DNA of 63,749 nucleotides, filler included, from Reclinomonas americana ATCC 50394 (lineage: Eukaryota), in the NCBI GenBank assembly GCA_048213135.1. It is 5 parts of 4 records of this genome, joined end to end, with 100 filler letters (N's around TTAATTAATTAA, not from the genome) between each part and the next. Parts side by side here need not be neighbours in the genome. Positions count along the whole stretch, not along the records: positions 1 to 15,958 come from PS015386.1; 4 more parts are not named here. The stretch is one strand, 5' to 3'. Each line of letters begins with the position of its first letter. The first letter of the stretch is position 1. The notes under the pieces are model-generated. The model saw only the letters and a list, made by a program, of their open reading frames with translations. It did not search any database and had not been told where the DNA came from. This document shows, in pieces, positions 1 through 11,556 of the stretch. The translations under genes and the position numbers were made by a program.

Positions 1-1462
1 GAACAGGTCGGTGACGTCGGTGCCGGGTGCGGCGACCGCCGAAGACTCGGCTGGTGGCGGTGTTGCAGGTGGCAGTCTCGGCGTAGGCGATGCCGGCGGT
101 GACACTGTTGGCGGCGGCGGCGGTGACGGCGGCTGCTGCAATGCGGAAGACACTGGCGGCGCCACAGGCACGCCAGCCAGGCCTTCCACACTGGCCGCTC
201 TCTGTACAGGCTGCGTGTTGGGGACATTGCGCCCAACTGCAGGTTCCGCCACTGCCGGGCTTGCCGGCGGTGCCACGGGGTGTTGTTGACTCGTAATTTC
301 TGCTGCCGGCGTCTCCACAGCAGGCGTCATAAATTGCACCGACACACTGGATGTCGGCTGCGATGGCGTGACCTGGTTCGATGGCACCTCCGAGGCCACA
401 AGCTCAGCACTCACCAGTGACGGTGCCATGCTCGCACTGTCGGTGTCGCTGTCTGCGTCGATCACAGCCGCCGCCGCAGAGGGCTTGTCGTGAATGAGCA
501 CTGCTGGTGCTGTGGGTGACTGTGGCGCGCTCCACTCCGTCGCACTCGTGGGAGTGGCCAGCTGACTCGTTGGTGGCTCCGTCTCGGTCGGCGTGGCAGA
601 CACTGCGTCCTCGGCCAGAGCGGCAGCCGACAAGACGGCCGTTACAGGGATTCTCGATTGCTGCTGCTGCGGCTGTGCTCGAGGGCTGTCCTCCTTGGGC
701 GCCGCGGAAGTCGGTGGCTGACGCTCCACTTGCACTCCCTCCGCGCTGCCGCGAGTGGTGCCTGACCGTACCACAGGTGGCGGTGGCACTGGAGCTGCTA
801 ATGCGGCGGTCGACGGCAGTATGTCTGTGGCCGAGGGTTCCGACTGCTCAGCGCTGGCAGGGAGCGGTTCAGCGCTTGCCTCCACGTGCGTCTGCTCGGC
901 TCGTTCAGTGCAGGTTGATTCCAGTGCCGACAGCGCAAGCGGTACTGGCTCCACGAATACAGGCGGTGCCTCCTCGGCGCACGGCACATTCGCAACCGAT
1001 CGCTCGTTCACCGGGGACTGCACCTCTGGCAACTCTGATTGCGATGACGGTTGCTGCTGGTGGGGCTCTTGGTTGCCGATTGTGCTGAAGACGGCGCGGT
1101 TCTCCACGGTTGCGGCTGGCGACATTGGAACAGCTGCAGGTTGTTGTGGTACAGAAGAGCGGCGGCGAGGTGGAGTGGAAGATCTTTCTGAAGCCACTGG
1201 AGTCGTGACAGCCTTCTCCGACTGCTCGACTGGTAGTGGCACGGCTTCATCCACAAGTGGCTTGTGAGCCTGGTGAGCGTCACCTGTTCCCCTGTCGTCC
1301 TCCTCCTCCTCCTCCTCCTCCTCATCTGTCGGTGCTGGTGGTGGCGGTGATTTCAGTCGATACCTGCTCTCGTGGCCGACAATGTCGCCGCCAAAGTGAG
1401 CATGCGAAGCCGCATGTGATGCTGCATCGCCTGCACCATGATCCTCCTCCACACCGCCACGT
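1..1462 (-). CDS. Partial low-complexity Pro/Ala/Ser/Thr/Glu-rich protein (runs off the window edge; 5' end in gap)
   Basis: The minus frame reads ...SRYRLKSPPPPAPTDEEEEEEEDD...KPLVDEAVPLPVEQSEKAVTTPVASERSSTPPRRRSS... I saw no stop in the stretches checked, and it is absent from the ORF track because it is open-ended. The plus-strand ORFs here look like antisense shadows. Confidence 0.6.
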
Positions 1463-1967
1463 TNNNNNNNNNNNNNNNNNNNNNNNNNNNNNNNNNNNNN
1501 NNNNNNNNNNNNNNNNNNNNNNNNNNNNNNNNNNNNNNNNNNNNNNNNNNNNNNNNNNNNNNNNNNNNNNNNNNNNNNNNNNNNNNNNNNNNNNNNNNNN
1601 NNNNNNNNNNNNNNNNNNNNNNNNNNNNNNNNNNNNNNNNNNNNNNNNNNNNNNNNNNNNNNNNNNNNNNNNNNNNNNNNNNNNNNNNNNNNNNNNNNNN
1701 NNNNNNNNNNNNNNNNNNNNNNNNNNNNNNNNNNNNNNNNNNNNNNNNNNNNNNNNNNNNNNNNNNNNNNNNNNNNNNNNNNNNNNNNNNNNNNNNNNNN
1801 NNNNNNNNNNNNNNNNNNNNNNNNNNNNNNNNNNNNNNNNNNNNNNNNNNNNNNNNNNNNNNNNNNNNNNNNNNNNNNNNNNNNNNNNNNNNNNNNNNNN
1901 NNNNATCGTTGCTCTTTTTTTTTTGATTGTGTGAGTGTGGTGGTGCTAACCCTGTCCTCGCTATCAG

Positions 1968-2697
1968 CAACGGCAATGGCATCTTGTCGTTTGGCGAAAT
2001 CCAACGCGGTATCTGCGACGTGCTGCGCATGCCGCAGGCGGCGAAACTCAAGACAGCCGTGCGGTCGGCCATGAACGCGGCCAAGGCACTCTCTCTACGG
2101 CGTGATCCGCATTATCGTCCCGACGACGATTGGAGCGAGGGCTACATTCGCTGGAAGGAGTTCCGCCTGCTGCTGATCGCCTTGCGACAGGTACTGTCAT
2201 GGGCGACAGAGTGGGGCTCCACTGTGTCTTGCTTGCCTCAAATCGTTGTCGGTGCAGCTGTACATGTGGTACGACATTTTCAACGACATGGACGAGAATG
2301 GCGACAAGCGAGTGACGTGGGAGGAGTTCAAGGTGAGCAGCGCGATGAATGAGAAAAAAAGATTGCACCTCTCACATCCATTCCCCATGCAGACATCCCT
2401 GCCGGAGCTGGAGCGTTGGGGTGTGAACATACCGTCCGTGAAGCAGCAGCGACGCTGGTTCCGTGATATTGCGCCGACCGGAAAGAGCGGCTACATTTTG
2501 TTTGCCCAGTTGCGTCCTTGCGGTGGCTAACCGCGCGTTCGCACCGTGACACGCACCTGACTTGTACATGCAGGTGGGCCGAGTGGGCGGTTCACAAATT
2601 TGTGCTGAATGGTGTCAGTGATGACTCGGAGCCGGTTGTTGCCGCTCGTGTGCCATCAGTCCTCGCTCATCGGGAGGGCAGCACCAAGCACAAGTGA
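1968..2697 (+). CDS. Flagellar calcium-binding protein (calflagin/FCaBP-like EF-hand), 5' end in gap, 4 visible exons
   Basis: Spliced product NGNGILSFGEIQRGICDVL...EGYIRWKEFRLLLIALRQ|LYMWYDIFNDMDENGDKRVTWEEFK|TSLPELERWGV...SGYILFAQWAEWAVHK matches the FCaBP pattern (EFRLML, EEFK..P.LE.WG, F.EFA.WA). Confidence 0.8.
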
Positions 2698-2810
2698 TCG
2701 CACAAAAAATTGTTATTGATGACACAAGAAAAAAGAGAAAATTGTATTGGCTTCCAAGTGTTTGTTTGTCTTGTGTAAAAAAGAGAGGGCGCCGACAATG
2801 GCAGCGCAGC

Positions 2811-4442
2811 TCACTGGCTGCTGGACGCCGCACCACCGACAAACGGACCACGATGTGTCTGTAGCACACCTGCAGGCCACGAACGAGAGTCAGTATCTCC
2901 CCAACTCTGCTTGCATTTTTTAGGGTAACACTTACCACCCTGGCGAGTGGACGTGATGACGATCTCACCCACTTGCACACGCGCCGGTCTGCACAGGCAA
3001 GCACGATGAGTGGAAGAATACACACACACGCGCGCGCGCACACACACGGCCACTCACCGAGTGGCGATCCACACCACCGCATCGGCAATGTCTTGCGGTG
3101 AGAGAGCCACGTCGCCCTCCAACACCTTGGAGGCGGCGGCCTCGTCACCGTCCAGACGCTGCACAAAGAACTCGGTCTCGACGAGTCCGGGACTGACCAT
3201 CGACACATTGACGGGCGTGTTGACCAGCTCCTTGCGCAGCGACTCGGTGTAGGCGCGCACGGCGAACTTGGACGCGCAGTACACCGAACCGTGCGGGTAC
3301 GTCTCAATGCCAGCAATGCTGCGAAGCGGCGTGAGGTGAGGTTGGGGAGGGAGAGAGAGAGAGAGAGAGAGAGAGGAGTGTGTGTGAGTGCACACGCACC
3401 TCGCCACATTGATAATGTGACCGGAGCCTCGCTCAATCATGCGCGGCACGAACAGACGCACGAGCTGGATCAGCGCCTTCACGTTGGTGTCAAACACCTG
3501 GTCGACATTGATGGCGCTGGCCTCCCACGCCTTGGGGTAGCCCTGCGCAATGGGGGGAAATCGGTGTGAGGGCGGGGGCAGCAGAAAGAGGGGGGGTGAA
3601 GAGTGGAGGGCGTACCCTCGCAAGGCCTGCATTGTTGACAAGAATGTCAATGTCACGCATGTCTTCCGGCAGTGAATCGCGCAGCCCCTCCGTCTCCTCG
3701 CGGTTCATCAAGTCGCAGCGGGCACAGTGCACGCGCACCGCATCGCCATGCTTCGCCTCAATGTCAGCCTTGACCGACTCGAGGCGCTCCAGACGACGCG
3801 CCACCAACACCAAGTGGCACCCTGCACAGCCAATGAGTAACACGCACGCACAACAAGATGAACGAACGCACAAGCACGCACCTTCCTCGGCAAAGGCGTA
3901 GGCCGCGGCCATGCCAATGCCAGCCGAGGCTCCGGTGCTGTCCGAGCACACACAAGATGTCATTCAAGAGGAAACGAGGAGCCAAGAGAGAGAGAGCGAG
4001 AGAAAGAGAGAGAGTCAAAAGCTGAATCAATCATGCATGTCGGAGTAAGAAAGGCGAAGAAAGGAGCCAAAGGAGGAGCTTATGTAAGGTGAGCGGAAGG
4101 GACAGGGGAGAGAGCAGAGAAACTTGAAGAGGAAGAAGAGGAAGAGTCACGCAAAGTAGAGAATGAGAGAGAAACAACATGCACAAGTCATCAGTCAAAA
4201 CCTCAATCAATCATGCATGCATGTCGGAAAATGACAGGCGAAGAGAAAAGCACAAGGAGGAGCTTATGTAAAGTGAGTGCAAGAGGAGGAAGAGCCACAG
4301 ATGGAGGAGCCAACAGAGTGATGCATTGCACGTGAGAAAACACACTTTGCAAGTTGCACAAGCAAAGAGTGATCTCGGAGGTGATTGTCTGTGTGTTATT
4401 GTGACGCAACATGAGAACAACCTTGCCAGCGATGCGCACCAT
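2811..4442 (-). CDS. Short-chain dehydrogenase/reductase (YdfG/YMR226C-like), about 7 exons
   Basis: Spliced product MVRIAGKVVLI|TGASAGIG, DILVNNAGLA, GHIINVASIAG, YCASKFAV, VSPGLVETEF, LSPQDIADAVVW; all introns GT-AG. Confidence 0.92.
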
Positions 4443-4512
4443 GTCTTTGCACACAGAGAGAGAAGTAAGTGAGTGGGGGAAGACGCAAATTCATTTCACA
4501 CACAAACACACA

Positions 4513-5105
4513 ATGGAATCACTGAGCGGCCGCACCATTCACAAGCGCCCACGTCGCACGCGCAAGAGCAAGAGTTACACACACACGCGCACTCTTCCTT
4601 ACTCTCTCTCTTCCCCGCTCTCCTCTCACACATGTGGAACAGGCATTCGCGCACTGGTCCGAGAGCACCAATCGACACTGCATCCGAGCCACTTTGTGTG
4701 GCCAGTGTTCATTGAGGACTCGCCCGAGGGCACTCGCACGCCCATCTCTGCACTCCCCGGACAGTTCCGCTTCTCCATCGATCAGGTAATGCACAAGTGA
4801 CTCACACACACTCTCTCTCTCACTCACTCGGGCTGCAGTGTGTGGAGGCGTGCAAGCATGCGTATGAGCTCGGCATCCCCGCAGTGGCGCTGTTCCCCTC
4901 GATCGACGAGTCACTGAAGAACTCGACTGCAGACGAGGCACTCAACCCCGACGGGTGTGTGCCGGCGTCACTCGCCTTGTCTCTCACATGCTCATTGCTC
5001 TTCTATGCTAGCCTGGTTCCGCGATGCATCCGTGCGCTTAAGGAGGCGATTCCGGAGCTGGCAGTGGTCACTGACATTGCGCTGGATCCGTTCAACAGCG
5101 ACGGA
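4513..5105 (+). CDS. hemB: Delta-aminolevulinic acid dehydratase (porphobilinogen synthase), Asp-rich non-zinc type; 3' part lost in gap
   Basis: RPRRTRKS|SIRALVRE, FVWPVFI, PISALPGQFRFS, ELGIPAVALFP, ALNPDGLVPRCIRALKEAIPELAVVTDIALDPFNSDG. Confidence 0.92.
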
Positions 5106-5400
5106 NNNNNNNNNNNNNNNNNNNNNNNNNNNNNNNNNNNNNNNNNNNNNNNNNNNNNNNNNNNNNNNNNNNNNNNNNNNNNNNNNNNNNNNNNNNNNNN
5201 NNNNNNNNNNNNNNNNNNNNNNNNNNNNNNNNNNNNNNNNNNNNNNNNNNNNNNNNNNNNNNNNNNNNNNNNNNNNNNNNNNNNNNNNNNNNNNNNNNNN
5301 NNNNNNNNNNNNNNNNNNNNNNNNNNNNNNNNNNNNNNNNNNNNNNNNNNNNNNNNNNNNNNNNNNNNNNNNNNNNNNNNNNCACTCGTGCCTGTCGCCG

Positions 5401-6225
5401 ATGCAGACGGCGCGAATCATCAAGGATTTGGAGAAGCACGTCGGCGTCCTGGAGCAGGAGCTGAAGGGTGCACGTCTCGCGTCGCCGGCGTCTGCCGCCG
5501 CCGCGGTCGGCGTGTCGGGCGCCATTTCGCGATTCACGTGGAGCCCGCGGTGGCGTGGCGACAAGATGCTGCTGACGAACCACGGCAAGACCGCAACAGG
5601 CCACAGCTCGCGGTGCACGGTGGTGACGGAGCAGCTGATGGTGCCGCCACACGTGTACACGTTGTATGTGCAAGTCGAGCAGAAGCGCGACACCATGTGC
5701 AACTACTTGGGCGTGGTGCCGGCAAGCTTTGTCACGGAGCTGTCGTCGGGCGCTTACATTGAGAAGGCCATCACCATGGGTGGCTGGGGACTCCACGACG
5801 CGTCTTCGTACGGCATTCGTCTGCAGCAGCCTAGCGGCTCCTGCCTCTCCATTGGCTACAGCAATCGTTGCGTCGCTGCTTCCCCCCCATTTCGCTTGAC
5901 TCTTGATGAGGACGAAGTACTCACCGCCCGTTTCCACTCACTGCAGAGACTGGCTGGGATGTGGGTGACGTGCTGGTCATCACACTGGATCTGGCACTCA
6001 ACGTGCTCTCCTTCCACCGCAACGGCGTCAAGGTGGCCGACGCACACCTCGTGCATCACATGGATTTGACGCCGGAGCGTATTCGGCAAGGATTTTATTT
6101 TGGCGTAACGCTGGACGATGCGGTGAGTGGTAGATGCAGAACGAGTGCCACGACGAATCATGGATACTGATTGGGGGTGTGCATGTGCGCAGGGCAACCG
6201 TGTCTCAATTGTCGACCAATCATGA
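5401..6225 (+). CDS. Coiled-coil + SPRY/B30.2-like domain protein, C-terminal part
   Basis: LLTNHGKTAT, NYLGVV, GWGLH, then spliced QTGWDVGDVLVITLDLALNVLSFHRNG...FYFGVTLDDA|GNRVSIV; typical SPRY C-terminal pattern. Confidence 0.7.
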
Positions 6226-6369
6226 TGTATGTAATCGTAAATCGAAAGTTTCAATCATGTTTACCGCGCAGCGAGACACTTGTTGGAAGCACACACACAC
6301 TATACACACACACACACACACACGCACACACTTCTCTTCTTGTCGGCCCGCCATTCGTTTTCCCCGCAC

Positions 6370-6639
6370 TCAGTCGTTCCGGTCGGGATCGTGGCTCACC
6401 TCCAGATTCCGATCGTTGGCGTTGAGAATGTGACGACCACGCGGCGGCGCATGGCGCAGTGCACGCTGTCCCGCGTTTACCAGCTCCTGGTGCAGGCGCA
6501 CCTGCTGTTCAGACCGCGCTTGGCGCTCCACGCGTCTGTACCCCGGTGGCCGAGCAAAGGCGTCGCCGGCACCGTTGTGCTCCATTTCGCGACGACGCTG
6601 CTGCATGGCCAGCGCGGCGCGCACAAGTTCTTGGTTCAT
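6370..6639 (-). CDS. Small hypothetical protein (89 aa from ATG 6639)
   Basis: Open frame MNQELVRAALAMQQRRREMEHN...HDPDRND with coding-like GC content, lying between an AT-rich segment and a CA microsatellite; no recognisable motif. Confidence 0.4.
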   Translation of the reverse strand: MNQELVRAALAMQQRRREMEHNGAGDAFARPPGYRRVERQARSEQQVRLHQELVNAGQRALRHAPPRGRHILNANDRNLEVSHDPDRND

Positions 6640-6868
6640 CGGCGAAGGAGTGGAAGCAGTAGTGGTGGGTGGGTGAGTGGGTTGATGAGGGGAGAGCTCT
6701 TCTCTCTCCAACGACTGGCGGACTGTGGCGTGTGGTTGTGGTGTGGTGTGAGACCGGGCCCTTTATAGGTGAATATTACTAATTATAGATAAACTGCGGG
6801 CCTTGCGCGAAAAAGAGTTCCACCGAAGAGGGTCATTTTTATCTCCATTATGCTGCGGTGTTTTCATC

Positions 6869-8867
6869 TCACTTGGCCTTGGCGCCAGCCTTGCCGCCCT
6901 TCTTGCCCTTGGGTTCGGTTTTCTTGCGTTTCGGATCGGATCCGCCCTTGGCAGCCGACTTGTCCGACAACTGCAAATCAGGGAAAAAAATCAGCCACAG
7001 CCGCCCGAGTTAGCCTCATCCTCCACGAAACTGCTCTCTTGGTGCCGGCCAGTGGAGACCTGACGGCATCAGAGGAGCCGCTGCCCTCGCCAGCCGTGGC
7101 CGGCGCAGCGGCAGTTGGGCGGGTGAAAAACGAGTCCATGCGCGCCTGGGTGCCCTTCTTGCTCTGCGCCTTCTTCAGGCGCTCGATGCCGGCACGGATG
7201 CGATCGGCGGAGAACTTCTTCTCGTCCACCATGTACGCCACGAGACCGGCCTCGTCCACCGGCAGCCATTTCAGCTCAATGTCGTCGACTGGCGTGATGT
7301 CCGGATTCAAGAACAGATCGCGCACACTGTCCAGGTTCCAGTCCTCGGGAATTGGGTACTGCGGGAGGGAGAGGGAGGGAGGGAGAGGGAGGGAGAGGGA
7401 GGGAGAGGGAGGGAGAGAGAGAGAGGAGGGCGAGTCAGTCATGGCCCTGTGCAAAGCACCATCATTACACTGATGAAAAAGCAAAAACTGTAGAAGGTAA
7501 GCACACGAGACTTGTTGACAATCACTGGTGGATGCTCATTGTTGTGCATGGATCAGTGAAGTTTCTATTATTAATCTGTTATCAAACCTTGGTTCGGTCC
7601 AGCGTCTCCAGCACCGCCTCGATCGTGCCGTGCTCCTTGATCAGCTGGTACGCGCGCTTCTGTCCAATTCCCTGCACTCCTAATGTGAGCAGCTACAGAA
7701 GGTGTTGAAAGACAGGCAGTGTGGGCACGCACTCGAATGGTGCCGCAGTAGTCGCATCCGCACAAAATGCACATGTCGACGAACTGGCGGTGGGTGAGGC
7801 CAAGTTGTTCGAGGGCCACCGAGAGGTTGAATTCGAGAATGTTCTTCTTGGGGTCTTCGCCGGCCACGGCTCGCAACAGTGCACTGGAGAGAGGGAGAGA
7901 GAGCGAGAGATCAGTGTCAGTGAACAGGAGGGAATCGACACGCATCTCTTTCTCACCTCTTCTTCTCCGACTGCTTCTCCGTCGATGTCAAATTGCGCAG
8001 GAGAATGGGAGCACCAAATGTCAGCGTGTCCATGTCCTCGCTGCCGACAGCCCACACACGACCCGCTCGCGCCAAGGCCGCGCATTGCGCCTCTGCCTCG
8101 CCGGGAGACTGTGCGACGCTCAGGAAGAGATGGAAAAGATGCTGCTGTACGCAGGTGACACAAGNNNNNNNNNNNNNNNNNNNNGAGGAGGGAGAGTGAC
8201 AGCAAAGGAGAGCGAAGTGAGTTTACTAGAGTGCTCGGAAGGGCAGACTAGTTTGCGCAGCTGTGTGATAAATGAACTGGATCTGTGTTCCTCTCCGATC
8301 ACAATGCTGTGTATTTCTCCAAATGGCCCTTGCTCACTTTTTTCTCTCTCACACACACATACACTCTCCAGAACTTGCCACTTTCTCGGATAACCATTCT
8401 TCATCTGCTGGCCACTCTGCTCGTCCCCGACTGTCTCTCTCGCTCTCTCCGTCACTGCATCCTTTCTGTTCACACAATCGATCAAACTCTCCCTGCCCCC
8501 TTCCCTCTTTCCTTCCTGGCCTTCTCTCGCTCTCATTCTCTCTCGTAACGAACTTCTCTGTTTCCCCCTCATCTCATCCTGCATCATTCCCTCACTTTCC
8601 CATGCTGTCTCTTCCTTTTTTGTTTCTTTCTCTTCATCGGAAAATGTTTCTCCGTCACACTGCCACACTGCTCGTCTCTCACTATCTCATTTCTCTCTTT
8701 CTCACTGCATCCTTCCGCCCTTTCCCCTGGCCTGTTTTCTCATCTCATCTCTTCTCCCTCTCTGAAAGTCTTTCTCCGTCACAATTGCCACACTGCTCGT
8801 CTCTCACTGTCTCATTCCTCTCTCCCTCACTGCATCCTTCCGCCCTTTCCCTCTGGCCTGCTCTCTT

Positions 8868-8898
<31 letters not shown>

Positions 8899-9753
8899 TC
8901 CTCCACTCTTCTCTCTTCCTCTCTCGACATTCGCCACTTTCGCGGACCATCTCCCCCTACCTCTGTTTCTCCGCAAGTCTCTTCCTCTCCCTCCTCCCTG
9001 ACCTGTTCTCCCTCCCTCTCTCACCTCCTCCAACTTGAGATCCGGTGCCTTCCCGTCAAACACAAACGCCGGCTTCAGTCCACTCTCCATCATCTTGATC
9101 GTGCGGAAAAACATGCCCGACAAGTGACTGCACGTGAACACACAACAGAGGTGAGCAACAATAGCAACCACACGAGAACTCGCACAAACAAAGAGACCTC
9201 GTCACTTCGCCCGTGTCAGAGGTCAAATCAATGCCAGTTCCGCGCAGCGCAATCTGCACGAGAAGGTGTGAGGACACTCTGCACTGTCACACTTGTCCAC
9301 ACTTTGCACACTCTACAACACACTCTTACACACACTTTCGCACTCTTTCCTGCACACTTTAGCACACTTTTGCACACCCTGCACTCTTGTACCCTCTCGC
9401 CCACACTCTCACACGCCTCTTTTGTACACTTGTCCACACTTTCGCACTCTTCTGCACACTTCTACATATCCACACTTTGCACACTTGACTCTCTTCAGCA
9501 CACTTTCACACCCTCCTTACACACTCTTGCCCACACTTTGACACACTTCATGCACTCTTTCCTGCACACGTCCACACTGTTGTCACACACTTATCCACAC
9601 TTTTCCTCTCCCTTGCACACAAACCATGAACTGATACATGGACATGGAGGCATCAATCGCCACTTTCCGGCCCTGATAAAAGTCCATCGCATGCGCCACA
9701 ATGCATCCGGGCGCATTATCCGCAAGGATCTTTGTCAGGTCCTTAATGCCCAT
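6869..9753 (-). CDS. FEN1: Flap endonuclease 1 (a middle exon is probably in the 8165-8184 gap)
   Basis: [107 protein letters not shown] box QARMDSFF, Lys-rich tail. Confidence 0.97.
8330..9020. repeat. CT-rich low-complexity tract within a FEN1 intron
   Basis: Degenerate (CT)n/(CA)n runs across the interval. Confidence 0.75.
9270..9620. repeat. Degenerate CACACT(T/C)-unit minisatellite in FEN1 intron 1
   Basis: Many imperfect cacacttt/cacactct units in tandem. Confidence 0.75.
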
Positions 9754-9994
9754 GGCAAACCCCCCTGAGACAAATCAAGACCGCACGGGACACCGCCAGG
9801 ACGCCGTTAACTTCCCATAAATCATTGCGCGCGTGAGAAGAGGTGCGCGCATCATCCACACTCTCACACACGCGCATCTACACATCTGGTCATCGCACGC
9901 GCACTTTGTGCTCGTTTGGCTTGTGTGGCGAAGTATGAGGATCGCGCGCGCCATCTAACACTGTCGCCCCCTTTTTTGTGCGCTGCGTAGAATC

Positions 9995-10212
9995 ATGGGC
10001 AAGCTTCACAAGACGTATCTGTCGGGGAATCGTATCTATGCGTGCAGTGTGTGTCGATGTTGCGTCTCTCTCTTTCTCTCTGTGAAGTCGCGGGCCTTTT
10101 TTTGTTGGTTGTTGCTCACGCTTTTTGGATCAGCACACTTGGCGCAACAGGATGAGGTGATTTCCAAGTCGTTTCATGGGCGGCATGGTCGCGCGTATTT
10201 GATGAACAATGT
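9995..10212 (+). CDS. Yippee-like (YPEL/Moh1) protein, 5' exons; remainder in gap
   Basis: MGKLHKTYLSGNRIYACSVCR|SHLAQQDEVISKSFHGRHGRAYLMNNV; Yippee motif CxxC..HLA...ISKSF.GRHGRAYL. Confidence 0.9.
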
Positions 10213-10224
10213 GTTGCGTGATCT

Positions 10225-10259
<35 letters not shown>

Positions 10260-10267
10260 CGAAGAGC

Positions 10268-10313
<46 letters not shown>

Positions 10314-11556
10314 GAGGAGGACGNNNNNNNNNNNNNNNNNNNNNNNNNNNNNNNNNNNNNNNNNNNNNNNNNNNNNNNNNNNNNNNNNNNNNNNNNNNNN
10401 NNNNNNNNNNNNNNNNNNNNNNNNNNNNNNNNNNNNNNNNNNNNNNNNNNNNNNNNNNNNNNNNNNNNNNNNNNNNNNNNNNNNNNNNNNNNNNNNNNNN
10501 NNNNNNNNNNNNNNNNNNNNNNNNNNNNNNNNNNNNNNNNNNNNNNNNNNNNNNNNNNNNNNNNNNNNNNNNNNNNNNNNNNNNNNNNNNNNNNNNNNNN
10601 NNNNNNNNNNNNNNNNNNNNNNNNNNNNNNNNNNNNNNNNNNNNNNNNNNNNNNNNNNNNNNNNNNNNNNNNNNNNNNNNNNNNNNNNNNNNNNNNNNNN
10701 NNNNNNNNNNNNNNNNNNNNNNNNNNNNNNNNNNNNNNNNNNNNNNNNNNNNNNNNNNNNNNNNNNNNNNNNNNNNNNNNNNNNNNNNNNNNNNCCGCTA
10801 CTGCGAGTGGTGTAGGCCAGTGGCAGAGTGGCAACGCTTGTATATAGGTCTGCCAATGCGTGTTGTATTTTGCGCGTGCGTGCGTGCGCGCGCCGCTGTT
10901 TGTTTGTTGTATCGATATAAGTGTGTATTGTGAGTAGTGGAGACACGCAGTGCGCTATCCGCTGTCAGTGCGCTTGCGTGTGCGTGTGTGTGTAAACGGA
11001 TGGTGATTACCGGACGTGTGGGCATGACAGCGTGAAATTTCTTTGTCATCACACACACACTTCTTTTGTCGGTGTGGTGAGTGCAGCTCGTGGCATCATG
11101 CTTGCGTGTTTCTCACACTTCGCCGCTGCTATCGTGGGGGGCGTGTGTGTGTTTCGTTGTGTGTGTGTGTGTAGTTTGCGAACACACATTAGAGTGCGAG
11201 AGACAGCGCGCGCTTCTCTTTCACGCACACACACTCTCAATCCTTCTCTTCCTCCTCTAAAATACTCCCACTTGTGGTGTGGTGGTGGTGGCTGCGGCTG
11301 TGTGTACTTGGGAGTGAGGCGCACGAACTCTCGCAGCGACATTTCCCCGCGCGCGCGCGCGTGGCAATATCCGCAAACTGTCACGCCTCCCTCACTCCCC
11401 CCATTCGTTTCTTCTGCGCGTGTCTTTCGGGCTTCTCCACGCACTGGCACTCTTGTGCATCGCAAGTGTGTTCGGAATGTGAGAGCATGTTTGCGTCGCA
11501 GGTCCCCTTCCGCCCCGACGCGCATCCCTGCCTTCTCCCCGTCCCTCACATCTATC

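Noticed and set aside
8251..8262. Possible FEN1 microexon (cacag|CTGCGCAAACT...)
   Set aside because: It could continue KLEE-LRK, but the donor is weak and the next exon is in a gap, so it cannot be supported.
8272..9768. 498-aa plus-strand ORF and similar long S/L/H/T- or RE-rich ORFs (e.g. 36198-37445, 38133-39404)
   Set aside because: Products of microsatellites, N-runs or antisense frames over real intron-containing genes.
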